Below, in pieces: positions 51,639-60,904 of a DNA stretch of 60,904 bases. Under the pieces are notes generated by a model. That model was not told where the DNA came from and made no database searches. It was given only the letters and a program-made list of their open reading frames with translations. Both the position numbers and the translations under genes were made by a program. Positions within the stretch are counted from its first letter, which is position 1. The number at the start of each line of letters is the position of its first letter. The stretch spans positions 1 to 60,904 of IMG/VR virus record IMGVR_UViG_3300029778_000003; one strand, given 5' to 3'. The DNA comes from a virus.

Positions 51639-52241
51639 GTGAACCGATTGAGTAATATGCGACAAATATATGCAATCAAAAGCAAAAACAGAAAGCGGAT
51701 ATTAGAAGTTTGCCCCGATATGAAGAATCAAAGCGGTATTTACTTCTACACTAGAACCGATGAAAACGGAATATCGTACTTTTATATCGGCCAAAGCGTA
51801 GATTGCTTAGAACGTAGTATATCGCACTTGACAGGCTATCAGCACATAGATTTATCAATCAAGAAAAGAGGATTTTATAGCGAAAACAATCCTTATGGTT
51901 GGAAGTTGAATGTTATGTATTATCCGAAAGACAAACTTGACGAAATGGAGCAATATTGGATTTTGGAATACACAAAAAGAGGTTATCAGTGCAGATACAA
52001 CAAGACTGCTGGCGGTCAGGGAGAGGGCAAGGAAAAGATAAATGAGTTTAAGCCATCTAAAGGCTACAGAGACGGCATACAGCAAGGTAGAAAGAACCTC
52101 GCAAGGGAATTATCGCATATCATCGAAAAACACCTTGTTGTGACGATTAGAGAGGATAAACAGGGCAATAAGGTGTCACAGAAGCAACTAGATAAATTTA
52201 TGGAGCTTATTAATGCAGATTCATATAAGGACGTTGAGTAA
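51639..52241 (+). CDS. GIY-YIG homing-endonuclease-like protein, full length
   Basis: SGIYFYTRTDENGISYFYIGQSVDCLERSISHL..NPYGWKLNV..EMEQYWILEY plus a basic C-terminal extension. Start uncertain (ATG 51657 is an alternative). Confidence 0.75.
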   Translation: MNRLSNMRQIYAIKSKNRKRILEVCPDMKNQSGIYFYTRTDENGISYFYIGQSVDCLERSISHLTGYQHIDLSIKKRGFYSENNPYGWKLNVMYYPKDKLDEMEQYWILEYTKRGYQCRYNKTAGGQGEGKEKINEFKPSKGYRDGIQQGRKNLARELSHIIEKHLVVTIREDKQGNKVSQKQLDKFMELINADSYKDVE

Positions 52242-52445
52242 ATGAAAAGAAAGGCGGCAATTATGGATAAATCACAATACTTAGAAGAAATAAAATCAAC
52301 TACTGAGAATTGTTACAACATTGGATATAAGTGTAGATATGAAGCAGCGATAGAAGATTTGAAAACAAAAATCATTGCAAATATGCATGTTGATATATCT
52401 GCAAAGATGATGAATGAGTTATTAGACGAATTAAGCAGCGTTTAG
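52242..52445 (+). CDS. Small hypothetical protein
   Basis: ORF track. ATG 52263 is an alternative. Confidence 0.45.
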   Translation: MKRKAAIMDKSQYLEEIKSTTENCYNIGYKCRYEAAIEDLKTKIIANMHVDISAKMMNELLDELSSV

Positions 52446-52455
52446 GAGAGGTGAC

Positions 52456-52647
52456 ATGAAAAAGAAAATAATTATATTTATGTTAAAGCATGATATTTTA
52501 AGAAACATATTTTTGATTGTTATGTCAGTGCCGGTAAGTATTTTCTATGGTTTAAAAGGATTCTGCGAAGAATTTTGCGGTGTATGGGAAGACACATTTG
52601 ATAGCATAAAGGATAATGCTGAAGGAGTAAAAAGAAATTATGAATGA
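52456..52647 (+). CDS. Small membrane protein
   Basis: aggagaggtg RBS. TM NIFLIVMSVPVSIFYGL. Confidence 0.5.
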   Translation: MKKKIIIFMLKHDILRNIFLIVMSVPVSIFYGLKGFCEEFCGVWEDTFDSIKDNAEGVKRNYE

Positions 52648-52945
52648 AGAAATGATGTTTACAGCTTGTAATATTCCGAAGTTTTTAGAGGAACAGATGA
52701 ATAAAATGAAAGACACTCTTACAGGTGGTATGAACGAAGATAATCTTAAAGGTTTTGAGTATGCAGTAGATACTATGTTAAGTATTCTTAGGCAGATAAT
52801 TCGTGCAGCCGAGATGGATGATGAGATTCTTGTGCATAGCGATAAAATCGCTGATGAGAATGAATTAGAAGAGTTTGATTTACATGATTTGTTAGAACTT
52901 TATGGTTGCAGAGTTGTGGCAAACTTACAGAAGAAAAGTGTTTAA
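52640..52945 (+). CDS. Acidic hypothetical protein
   Basis: 101-aa ORF, gaaggag RBS. Confidence 0.55.
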   Translation: MNEEMMFTACNIPKFLEEQMNKMKDTLTGGMNEDNLKGFEYAVDTMLSILRQIIRAAEMDDEILVHSDKIADENELEEFDLHDLLELYGCRVVANLQKKSV

Positions 52946-53167
52946 TGTTGTAAACTGAAATTTAGAAAGGATGCCAGTCTGGTAAGAGAAAAGAACAGGC
53001 AAAGTAAATAATTTTATCCAAAACTTAAAAGAAAAAGGCACTACCGAGATAACACTTGATATAACAACAACAGGCAAAGGAATTGTCTATACATTAATTT
53101 GGTAGATATCCTGAAATCAAAAGAGAATTTGATGTAAAGATAAATTAGGATTTATGGAGGTAGATAT

Positions 53168-53347
53168 ATGATTACGCAGATAGGATTTTTAAGAAAAGGA
53201 GATGTGTTCAGATTTGAGGGTGATATTTACAAAGTAGGACATTTGTTGGAGAGTACAAATGGGTATGTTTCCTGTATTGATGTTAATACAGGAAAGAAAA
53301 AAAGATTGCATATTGATGTTGATGTAGAAATTGAACAGGCAAACTGA
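53168..53347 (+). CDS. Small hypothetical protein (59 aa)
   Basis: Hand translation: MITQIGFLRKGDVFRFEGDIYKVGHLLESTNGYVSCIDVNTGKKKRLHIDVDVEIEQAN. ggaggt RBS. Confidence 0.5.
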   Translation: MITQIGFLRKGDVFRFEGDIYKVGHLLESTNGYVSCIDVNTGKKKRLHIDVDVEIEQAN

Positions 53348-53372
53348 AATTTGTTGAAAGGAGTAAAACAGA

Positions 53373-53597
53373 GTGAAGTTTTTAAGCAAGAAGAAATGTG
53401 ATGAAATTCTGAAAAGAATTACTGCAAATGAAATTATTCAGGTAGAGTACGGACTACACGATATAGAAGCAGAAACAAAGGCAACGGAAAATAGAGCAGA
53501 AATAGCTTTTATTGTCGGTGGTTTCAAGGGTATGAACAAGGTGCAGAACACGTTGAGAAAAAGGTATAACAATATAAACAACGAGGGAAAAGATTAA
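53373..53597 (+). CDS. Small hypothetical protein
   Basis: GTG start after gaaaggag. 74 aa. Confidence 0.5.
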   Translation: MKFLSKKKCDEILKRITANEIIQVEYGLHDIEAETKATENRAEIAFIVGGFKGMNKVQNTLRKRYNNINNEGKD

Positions 53598-53637
53598 AAT
53601 ACATTAACCGAACTTGAAAAAATAGGAGATTAATTAA

Positions 53638-54423
53638 ATGGCAGAACGTAGAATGTTCACAAAAAAAGTCACTGATGATGATAATTTCATGGCTTTATCA
53701 TCAAGTGCGCAAGCCTTATATTTGCATTTATCTATGTCTGCTGATGATGACGGATTTTGCAATCAGGTATCAGTTTCCATGTTCAAAGCTCACGCAAGTG
53801 TGGCTGATTTACAGCAACTATTGGAAAAAAGATACATTTATCAGTTTGATAATGGTGTGATTGTAATTAAGCATTGGCGCATGGCAAACGCTTTGAGAAA
53901 AGACCGGTATACACCAACGAATTTTAAGGAAGAATTGGCAAAATTAAAGATAAAATCCAATGGTGCATACACATTTTCTGATGATGGTTGCCATGTGGTT
54001 GCCAATAGGTTGCCGGATGGTTGCCATGTGGTTGCCACTTGTCTGCCACAGGATAGTATAGGTAAGGTAAGTATAGATAAGAATAGTATAGTTAAGGATA
54101 GTAAAGATAAGGATATAAAAGAAAAAGATATTGATAAATCAATATCTAAAAAGAAAACTGTTTACTACCCTGATGATGCAATGCTAGAGAGTGCTTTTCA
54201 GGAATATCTGACAATGCGAAAAAAAATAAAAAAGCCAATATGTACCGAAATGGCATTACACCGAGCTATGAACACTATCGAGAGGCTTTCAAAGGGTGAT
54301 AACGATTTGGCTGTTAAAATCCTTAATCAGTCAGTAGACCATTGTTGGCAAGGACTGTTTGCACTAAAGGACAATGAGCCACATTCAGCTAACAAAGGTG
54401 CTATTGATTGGGATAATGTGTGA
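53638..54423 (+). CDS. Replication initiator / replisome organiser (SPP1 G38P-like, DnaD-like)
   Basis: MAERRMFTKKVTDDDNFMALSSSAQALYLHLSMSADDDGFC is the N-terminal signature of Firmicute phage replisome organisers. The gene contains iterons. Confidence 0.75.
   Translation: MAERRMFTKKVTDDDNFMALSSSAQALYLHLSMSADDDGFCNQVSVSMFKAHASVADLQQLLEKRYIYQFDNGVIVIKHWRMANALRKDRYTPTNFKEELAKLKIKSNGAYTFSDDGCHVVANRLPDGCHVVATCLPQDSIGKVSIDKNSIVKDSKDKDIKEKDIDKSISKKKTVYYPDDAMLESAFQEYLTMRKKIKKPICTEMALHRAMNTIERLSKGDNDLAVKILNQSVDHCWQGLFALKDNEPHSANKGAIDWDNV
53983..54130. repeat. Intragenic iterons: putative origin of replication
   Basis: gatggttgccatgtggttgcca x2 (53983-54004, 54015-54036), then tagtataggtaagg / taagtata / atagtatag / gataag-type short repeats. 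Confidence 0.65.
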
Positions 54424-54432
54424 GGTAGAGAA

Positions 54433-55083
54433 ATGACAAGAGACGAGACAGTTAAGATTATCCGCATAATGTGTGATTGCTACCCCAATTACAAGCCAAG
54501 CAATTTATCAGAGACAGTAGATGTGTGGAATATGATGTTGGAAAATTGCGCTTATGAACAAGTATCAGTCGCACTTAAAGCATATGTTTTTTCCGATACA
54601 AGCGGATTTGCACCGAGCATCGGACAGCTAATTAACAAACTGCATGAGGTTCAATCCCCACAGGAGCTTAACGAAATGGAAGCATGGTTCCTTGTTAGTA
54701 GGGCACTGCGAAATGGCTATTATGGTGCAGTTGAAGAATTTAACAAGCTACCACCACTTGTACAAAAGGCTGTCGGGAGTCCTGATAATCTTAGGAACTG
54801 GGCACTGACGGACAGCAAGAGTATTGAAAACGTAGTACAGTCAAACTTTATGAGAACCTACAGGACAGTTGTTAATCGAGCGAAGGAGTATCAAAAAATG
54901 CCAAAGGACATAAAGGCATTGATTGAAAGTGCCAATAGAAGCTCGTATTCGGCTCAAATCGGCTCTAAAAATCAACAGACGATAAAATTATCGCTCGAAG
55001 ATAATAAAAGCCAAAATAAGCCAATTAAAGGTATTCCAATGCCAAAAGAAATTAAAGAACGTATCGAGCAGATGAAGAGATAG
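54433..55083 (+). CDS. Helicase loader, SPP1 G39P-like
   Basis: MTRDETVKIIRIMCDCYPNYKP..VDVWNMMLENCAYEQVSVALKAYVFSDTSGFAPSIGQLI matches the G39P-type N-domain pattern by eye. Confidence 0.65.
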   Translation: MTRDETVKIIRIMCDCYPNYKPSNLSETVDVWNMMLENCAYEQVSVALKAYVFSDTSGFAPSIGQLINKLHEVQSPQELNEMEAWFLVSRALRNGYYGAVEEFNKLPPLVQKAVGSPDNLRNWALTDSKSIENVVQSNFMRTYRTVVNRAKEYQKMPKDIKALIESANRSSYSAQIGSKNQQTIKLSLEDNKSQNKPIKGIPMPKEIKERIEQMKR

Positions 55084-55139
55084 GAGGTAAAGAGGTTTGT
55101 GCGCACAATTAAAGCCGGCTTTACTCCTAGCGAAAAATG
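55067..55139 (+). repeat. Copy B of the dispersed repeat
   Basis: See 50612-50683. Here GTG 55099 after aggaggtaaagagg opens a 13-codon mini-ORF whose TGA overlaps ATG 55137. Confidence 0.85.
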
Positions 55140-55748
55140 ATAAAAGACAAGTATTCAAGGCAAAGGTATGAAGTACGAAAAGCCAGTAACCTTTGCGTAC
55201 TTTGTGGAAAACCACTTGATAGAGAAGGCGTGGTTTGCACGGCATGTAACACCAAACGTACAGCATATGGCCGAGAGCTTTACAAGAAATTACAGGCAGT
55301 TGGGGTTTGCCCTAGGTGTGGCAAGAACTTGCTATATGGTGATGAAAAAAGCTGTATCGAGTGTAGGGCAAAATCAGCCGAAGCCATGTCGAAGATACGC
55401 ACTGCTGATGTAAAAAAATACAATGAGCGACAAAAAGCATGGCGAAAAGCACGATACGAAAAAGACAAGAAAAATGGCATATGCACACGCTGTCGTAAGA
55501 GGAAAGCAGACCCAGGGCATACCACTTGCACATTTTGCCGGGAAACAATGAGAAGAGCACACGTTAAAATGCCTGAAAGAACCGGCAGATATGAACAGGG
55601 ACTATGTTTTTTCTGCGATAATCCGGTAAAGCCCGGATATAAGGTTTGCGAAAAACACTATCAGCAGAACGTTAAGAACGCAACTTGCGAAAAGGCAAAC
55701 TTGGCACGGCAGAAGATAAAAGAAAGGAGTCCACAATGGATTCCTTGA
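55137..55748 (+). CDS. Protein with four tandem CxxC-N(10-13)-CxxC zinc-ribbon units
   Basis: CVLCGK..CTACN; CPRCGK..CIECR; CTRCRK..CTFCR; CFFCDN..VCEKH. Confidence 0.7.
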   Translation: MIKDKYSRQRYEVRKASNLCVLCGKPLDREGVVCTACNTKRTAYGRELYKKLQAVGVCPRCGKNLLYGDEKSCIECRAKSAEAMSKIRTADVKKYNERQKAWRKARYEKDKKNGICTRCRKRKADPGHTTCTFCRETMRRAHVKMPERTGRYEQGLCFFCDNPVKPGYKVCEKHYQQNVKNATCEKANLARQKIKERSPQWIP

Positions 55749-56029
55749 AAGATTTTTACAAGTTTTACCGACCACTGCAAAGGAGATATGACTTGCAAAT
55801 GATTTACAAAACAAACAGCAAAGAAGCGAAAATAACTATCCGGTGGCGCGGTAAAGAACTTGTAAAAGTCGCAGAAGAAACTACAGAAACCTGTTTCATT
55901 AGGGCGAGACGAGAACTTGAAGAAAGAATGAAGAAATATGAGCAACAAACTGAAACCAAAGAAAAAGCACAAAGAGCCGGATTTTACATGGACAAAATCC
56001 GAGAGAGTTACGCTGAAAAGCAGCAATAA
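55736..56029 (+). CDS. Hypothetical protein
   Basis: ATG 55736 after aaaggag. MDSLKDFYKFYRPLQRRYD... Confidence 0.5.
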   Translation: MDSLKDFYKFYRPLQRRYDLQMIYKTNSKEAKITIRWRGKELVKVAEETTETCFIRARRELEERMKKYEQQTETKEKAQRAGFYMDKIRESYAEKQQ

Positions 56030-56549
56030 CCGCAGAAAGCTCGTAAGTCGGTCTTTCACAGACTTTATGGACTTAGGCTACTATGTACTGTATTTGCACC
56101 ATGGATTTGGTAGTAAGCGCATTGTAAGGCTTGAAAGAACCATAAATGAGTACCTTGATAGGGCACAGGCTGAAAAAGAAATGAAAACTGAAATGCTTGC
56201 TGAACTTTTGAAAGTTAGATACGGCATTGATGTACAGAAAGAAATTAATTTAATCCCAATGCAACAGCTGATTAGGATTTATCAGAGGAATAATCCACTG
56301 ACAATAAACGACACACGACAGCTTTTAAATGACACGGCATACAGCTACATGACTTTAGCGTGTACGGCACTTAAACTGATGTTTAAATTGTCGGTTAGAG
56401 AAATTAAAGAGTTTATCGCAGAATTTAGGGATTTAATCGACACGTTGTATAAATTTAATCAATTCGGTCTGACATTGCCAAAGGTGGCGCAATGCCTTGC
56501 TGATGAAGTTAATTATATCGATGAAAGGTACATAAAGGTGATTGATTAA
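55938..56549 (+). CDS. Hypothetical protein (start uncertain; overlaps the previous gene)
   Basis: 203-aa ORF. No family recognised. Confidence 0.5.
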   Translation: MSNKLKPKKKHKEPDFTWTKSERVTLKSSNNRRKLVSRSFTDFMDLGYYVLYLHHGFGSKRIVRLERTINEYLDRAQAEKEMKTEMLAELLKVRYGIDVQKEINLIPMQQLIRIYQRNNPLTINDTRQLLNDTAYSYMTLACTALKLMFKLSVREIKEFIAEFRDLIDTLYKFNQFGLTLPKVAQCLADEVNYIDERYIKVID

Positions 56550-56707
56550 TGACTTACGCATGGGATAATGACAGTACTCAAAATGCTCACATAAAGCAGA
56601 TGAGAGACGATAGACAAAAAGCCTACATGGAAACGCATAGAGACAATAAGGCATATGAGAGATTTAAGCATATGCCGGATTATGGGAAAGGAGCAAAAAA
56701 CGTATGA
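56549..56707 (+). CDS. Small hypothetical protein (52 aa)
   Basis: Hand translation: MTYAWDNDSTQNAHIKQMRDDRQKAYMETHRDNKAYERFKHMPDYGKGAKNV. ATGA overlap with the next gene. Confidence 0.4.
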   Translation: MTYAWDNDSTQNAHIKQMRDDRQKAYMETHRDNKAYERFKHMPDYGKGAKNV

Positions 56708-57336
56708 GTTATAGCAGTTTGATTGGAATTAAGGGAGATTACACGGGAGAGGCTATTTGCGATTTTAAAAATTCATGGCTTTTCTCACCTATAGTTATGG
56801 GAATTCTTCCGGATAAATATATCCCCGAGTTTATTACAACACCTTTCGGCTTTAAGAAAAGCATTATATCAGACATAACAGGAGAGGTACATAAGCGAAC
56901 AAATCACGAGGTAAATATCTGCAAGAATACGGCAGATAGAATTTGTTGGGAACTTGCAAATCAACAGATATTCTTCACGAAAGACAGGCAACTTGTTTCT
57001 GATAGTATTAGAAAATTTGTTAAACAGAATACAGATTACGATAAATCGAGCGAAGATGGACTGTCTCCTCTTGAAAGAGAACATATCATCGAAAGATTTA
57101 ATGAGATTGCAGACAGCATTTTAGAACTTGACGAAAGCGAGTATCCATTCTTTGTATTTAAAAATACGAGTTGCGATGATGGAGTGGAAAGATGGTTTGA
57201 GAAATATGACGATAAACGTGGCGAATATGTAGAGTGTTCTATGAAAGACAATATAGACAATTTCTATGCAGAATTTGTAATTATCGAAAATGGAGAAATT
57301 GTAAAATTTATTTCAAGCAAAGAATTTGAATATTGA
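56704..57336 (+). CDS. Hypothetical protein
   Basis: 210-aa ORF, aaaggag RBS. Confidence 0.6.
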   Translation: MSYSSLIGIKGDYTGEAICDFKNSWLFSPIVMGILPDKYIPEFITTPFGFKKSIISDITGEVHKRTNHEVNICKNTADRICWELANQQIFFTKDRQLVSDSIRKFVKQNTDYDKSSEDGLSPLEREHIIERFNEIADSILELDESEYPFFVFKNTSCDDGVERWFEKYDDKRGEYVECSMKDNIDNFYAEFVIIENGEIVKFISSKEFEY

Positions 57337-57358
57337 ATTGGGAAAGGAGTATCAAACA

Positions 57359-57751
57359 ATGACAAATAGAGAGAAATTTGCAGAACAGATTTTGGATATT
57401 GCTTGTAATGGTGGTTCAATAGCAGTTAATAAAGTGACATCAGAGCCAATGCGATGTCAAGGAACAGCGTGTAAAGAGTGTTTATTCAATTTTAATGGTG
57501 ATGAATTTTGCATAGACAAAAGAAAAAAATGGGCGAATAGCCAATATGTTGAATCATTTGTTGACTGGTCAAAAGTTGCAGTTGATACACCGATACTGGT
57601 AACGTATAGTGGTATTCACTCGTGGGTTAAAAGGCATTTTGCGAAATATGAGAATGGAAGAGTTTACGCTTGGAATCATGGAACAACATCATGGAGTGGT
57701 CAGATGTGTACAGTATGCGAACTAGCTAAGCTTCCGGACAAGGAGCAGTAA
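57359..57751 (+). CDS. Hypothetical Cys-containing protein
   Basis: ATG 57359 after gaaaggag. Confidence 0.55.
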   Translation: MTNREKFAEQILDIACNGGSIAVNKVTSEPMRCQGTACKECLFNFNGDEFCIDKRKKWANSQYVESFVDWSKVAVDTPILVTYSGIHSWVKRHFAKYENGRVYAWNHGTTSWSGQMCTVCELAKLPDKEQ

Positions 57752-58146
57752 TGGAGAGATTAACGATTGATGAGATAATCGAGCATTGCGACAGAAAAAC
57801 AGAGATGTACGAAAAAACTTGTGATGTTAAGTATCTCGAAACAACAGTTATGAATAATCCAATAAAGGAGTATTGGGAGCATAAACAAGTTGCTGAATGT
57901 TTAAGAAAGCTCAAAGATTATGAGGACTTAGAGGAACAGAGCAGACTTGTTAAACTACCTTGTAAAGATGTGTATTTCATTGTTGATATAAACAATCCTA
58001 AGTATGCAATGGTTATGAAAAGACCTATAAGGGAGCTTGCGATATACGGGATTGAGGATATTGACAAGGAAGGCTGCAAATATTTTTCCACAAAAGAAAA
58101 AGCCGAAGCAAAACTGAAAGAATTGAGAGGTGGAGAAGATGGATAA
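57751..58146 (+). CDS. Hypothetical protein
   Basis: 131-aa ORF, TAATG overlap. Confidence 0.55.
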   Translation: MERLTIDEIIEHCDRKTEMYEKTCDVKYLETTVMNNPIKEYWEHKQVAECLRKLKDYEDLEEQSRLVKLPCKDVYFIVDINNPKYAMVMKRPIRELAIYGIEDIDKEGCKYFSTKEKAEAKLKELRGGEDG

Positions 58147-58501
58147 ATTTCTTAAAAGCGTAAGCGAGCGTGACTTTGATAGAAGAATATCGGAAGTTGT
58201 TGAAATGCTTGAGGAAAAACAACTCTACGGAACTATCAGTTTGATAAAAGATTTGAAATATTATCTTGACTTAGCTGCAAAAGAAAAGACACACACTTGT
58301 AACTGCCAGCACAACAGCAATCCAAGAGATAATGAGCCTTGTTGCAAATGTGATAGCAGACAGACCAATGCCGACAGAATAAGGAATATGTCGGATGAAG
58401 AGTTAGCAGAATTTCTAACGACTGTAACGAGTGATGCTATATGTGGAAGCTCATGGGATTATGATGGGTGGATTAAAGAGCTTCAATCAGAAGCAGAATA
58501 G
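58139..58501 (+). CDS. Hypothetical protein
   Basis: ATG 58139 after gagaggtggag. Confidence 0.55.
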   Translation: MDKFLKSVSERDFDRRISEVVEMLEEKQLYGTISLIKDLKYYLDLAAKEKTHTCNCQHNSNPRDNEPCCKCDSRQTNADRIRNMSDEELAEFLTTVTSDAICGSSWDYDGWIKELQSEAE

Positions 58502-58509
58502 GAGAAAAT

Positions 58510-58827
58510 ATGAGAATATTTAAAAACGTAGACGAAAAATTAAAAGAGATTGGATTCAACAAAATCTGTGAAGATAAGCATGGCGCTCAATATGAACGCT
58601 ACAATACAAAGTACAATTATTGGCAGCGCGTTGACATTTGGCATAAAGCTTCAGGCCGTCATATTTTACAGTCGTATGACAGAGACTTGATGGACGAAAA
58701 GAAGATTGGAAATACTAATGTTGGCCTTACAGGATATGAAATGAAGCTTTTTCTTAAAAAAATGAAAAAGCTAGGACTTTACAGCAAAACTACGGGAATC
58801 GAGGGAAAGTATGACAGAAAAGAATAA
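58510..58827 (+). CDS. Hypothetical protein
   Basis: 105-aa ORF, aggaga RBS. Confidence 0.55.
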   Translation: MRIFKNVDEKLKEIGFNKICEDKHGAQYERYNTKYNYWQRVDIWHKASGRHILQSYDRDLMDEKKIGNTNVGLTGYEMKLFLKKMKKLGLYSKTTGIEGKYDRKE

Positions 58828-58978
58828 TAAAGAACCAAGCCCATGTAGCGGTTGCAAATACGAGAAAAGTACAAACATAAAGGAACTTTTAGCTTTTTGC
58901 ACACATTGTAAAAGAGCTTATTCCCACGAAGAGGATAGGGAAATTTGCGAGGATAGGTACGAGGAGAATATAACATGA
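58811..58978 (+). CDS. Small Cys-rich protein (55 aa)
   Basis: Hand translation: MTEKNNKEPSPCSGCKYEKSTNIKELLAFCTHCKRAYSHEEDREICEDRYEENIT. Confidence 0.4.
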   Translation: MTEKNNKEPSPCSGCKYEKSTNIKELLAFCTHCKRAYSHEEDREICEDRYEENIT

Positions 58979-59169
58979 CAGAGAGCGAAGCAATAAGAGA
59001 AAAAAGAAAATTCGCAATCGAACTAAAGCAATTAGTTCATCAAAAATGTGTTGAAATCAACCACTATGTCAGCGGTTGTGACAGTCCGTTTAGCTATTTG
59101 CAGATTGCAGATGTGCAAGAAAGTTTGAGGGAGATTGAAAACACTTTGAATATTAAGGCTAAGGAGTGA
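58975..59169 (+). CDS. Small hypothetical protein
   Basis: 64 aa, ATGA overlap. Confidence 0.5.
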   Translation: MTESEAIREKRKFAIELKQLVHQKCVEINHYVSGCDSPFSYLQIADVQESLREIENTLNIKAKE

Positions 59170-59175
59170 TGAAGA

Positions 59176-59397
59176 ATGATATTTGAAGTTGGCAAACATT
59201 ATGAACATAGCGCAGGAAAGAAAATGCACATATTAGGAAGAGTAAATTCTGATATGTATTATTCGCCCTGTTTAGTCGCAGAAGATTTAGAAGGTAATTT
59301 TATCCCAGTTGGAATTGGCGAAGAATATGCAGTTAATTGGACTGAAATTGATGAAACTGAATGGCTCAATGAATTAAAAATGCGTGACAATTCATGA
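59176..59397 (+). CDS. Small hypothetical protein
   Basis: 73 aa, aaggag RBS. Confidence 0.55.
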   Translation: MIFEVGKHYEHSAGKKMHILGRVNSDMYYSPCLVAEDLEGNFIPVGIGEEYAVNWTEIDETEWLNELKMRDNS

Positions 59398-59419
59398 AAA
59401 TAAAGGTGGGTGATACAGA

Positions 59420-59575
59420 ATGACCAACATAACAACAGTAGTATACACTGCCCTCATAGTATTCGGCATAATCGGGCTGACAGAGGTAGCGTTTGCATGG
59501 TACGACATCTACGGACGAGATAAGACCAATGATGAGATACAAGAGCAGTGGTGCAGTGAAAATATTAAACATTAA
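59420..59575 (+). CDS. Small membrane protein (51 aa)
   Basis: Hand translation: MTNITTVVYTALIVFGIIGLTEVAFAWYDIYGRDKTNDEIQEQWCSENIKH. Confidence 0.45.
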   Translation: MTNITTVVYTALIVFGIIGLTEVAFAWYDIYGRDKTNDEIQEQWCSENIKH

Positions 59576-59640
59576 TTAATCTATCAGAAAGGAATAGGTT
59601 GTCGCGACATAAAACCGAGGTTTCCTTTTGGTAAGAGAAA

Positions 59641-60597
<957 letters not shown>

Positions 60598-60627
<30 letters not shown>

Positions 60628-60709
60628 TGTAGCCGCAACTCTTAGGGCAAGAGATTATAAAGGCCTTGATAATTATGGAAGTAATGGAGTAATTGAATGG
60701 AAAAACTAA
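60598..60709 (+). CDS. C5 methyltransferase fragment in the +1 frame (second TRD-like module)
   Basis: KDMGETAEKQIDVAATLRARDYKGLDNYGSNGVIEWKN stop. Only the 3' part of ORF 60389..60709 looks like real coding sequence. Confidence 0.6.
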
Positions 60710-60801
60710 CAGATGCTATCGGAATAGTGCTTTTTGAAAGCAAAAAATTCGGTGGCGAAAAGGTACTTAGGGGGGGGGATTTGCCCTACCCTAAGAGCCA
60801 A
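60697..60801 (+). CDS. C5 methyltransferase fragment (third frame segment) ending after the G9 tract
   Basis: MEKLTDAIGIVLFESKKFGGEKVLRGGDLPYPKSQ stop. With G9 read as G8 it would read VLRGGICPTLRANKTSSGVIEV... Confidence 0.5.
60770..60778 (+). repeat. Homopolymeric G9 tract inside the C5 methyltransferase gene
   Basis: cttaGGGGGGGGGattt, counted by hand. Confidence 0.9.
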
Positions 60802-60904
60802 TAAAACAAGTAGCGGAGTGATTGAAGTAATGGTAGATGTAAATGTAATAGGCTCTCTTGAATCAAAATTTGAGAGTACCAACAGAATTTATGATGTGGG
60901 GGGG
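60782..60904. repeat. Second copy of the terminal overlap (equals 1-123)
   Basis: Identical by direct comparison. The window ends inside the poly-G run. Confidence 0.93.

Noticed and set aside
52946-53167. A gene or ncRNA in the 220-bp gap, including the motif aaactgaaattt (52952-52963, also at 53341-53352) followed by gaaagga
   Set aside because: Only a 4-codon ORF (MPVW) follows the RBS-like sequence, and fragments such as KGTTEITLDITTTGKGIVYTLIW lack a start. It looks like the remnant of a deleted gene, and the evidence is too thin to call a feature.

Overview
The window is one complete, circularly closed genome of about 60.8 kb from a temperate, AT-rich siphovirus. Bases 1-123 repeat at 60782-60904, giving a unit length of 60781 bp. 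Shine-Dalgarno style (GGAGG) and gene content point to a Firmicute, probably clostridial or gut, host. Nearly all genes are on the + strand.

Gene order:
- A cytosine-5 DNA methyltransferase wraps across the window ends.
- A Tn916-type xis/int module sits next to an attP with five TGTGTAGTAA arm repeats.
- Next is a block of low-complexity, Cys-rich genes of unknown function.
- A minus-strand moron block follows.
- An AT-rich control region precedes a ribbon-helix-helix (RHH) gene.
- terS (10.6 kb) is preceded by a promoter-leader-terminator unit.
- About 7 kb of accessory DNA separates terS from terL. It carries 4 tRNAs plus one aberrant tRNA-like gene, GIY-YIG and HNH nucleases, a DUF2829/Tad2-like protein and RtcB.
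- The structural module runs terL, portal, head morphogenesis protein, scaffold, decoration protein and gpE-like capsid protein. It continues with connectors, major tail protein, G/GT chaperones with a U UUU UUA slip site, a 1266-aa tape measure, Dit/Tal and a tail fibre.
- The cI/cro-type immunity switch has three TTCGG-N5-CCGAA operators and an antirepressor.
- The recombination module holds a Rad50/SbcC-like ATPase, RecT, a frameshifted metallo-beta-lactamase (MBL) fold protein and SSB.
- A DPPY methyltransferase lies between two GIY-YIG paralogues.
- An SPP1-like replisome organiser and a G39P-like loader are followed by many small ORFs.

No rRNA, CRISPR array, reverse transcriptase or serine invertase was seen.

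Most notable observations:
1. A silent, start-less alternative tail-fibre C-terminus lies on the opposite strand. It is bounded by in-frame 15/16-bp dyad-symmetric inverted repeats, which suggests an invertible host-range switch with no dedicated invertase.
2. The C5 methyltransferase has many target-recognition-domain (TRD) like modules. It carries (GACA)13, G9 and G8 tracts and is broken into five frames.
3. One gene contains 19 nearly perfect 27-bp tandem repeats that differ at only two codons.
4. The accessory island between terS and terL looks like an anti-defence and tRNA-repair island.
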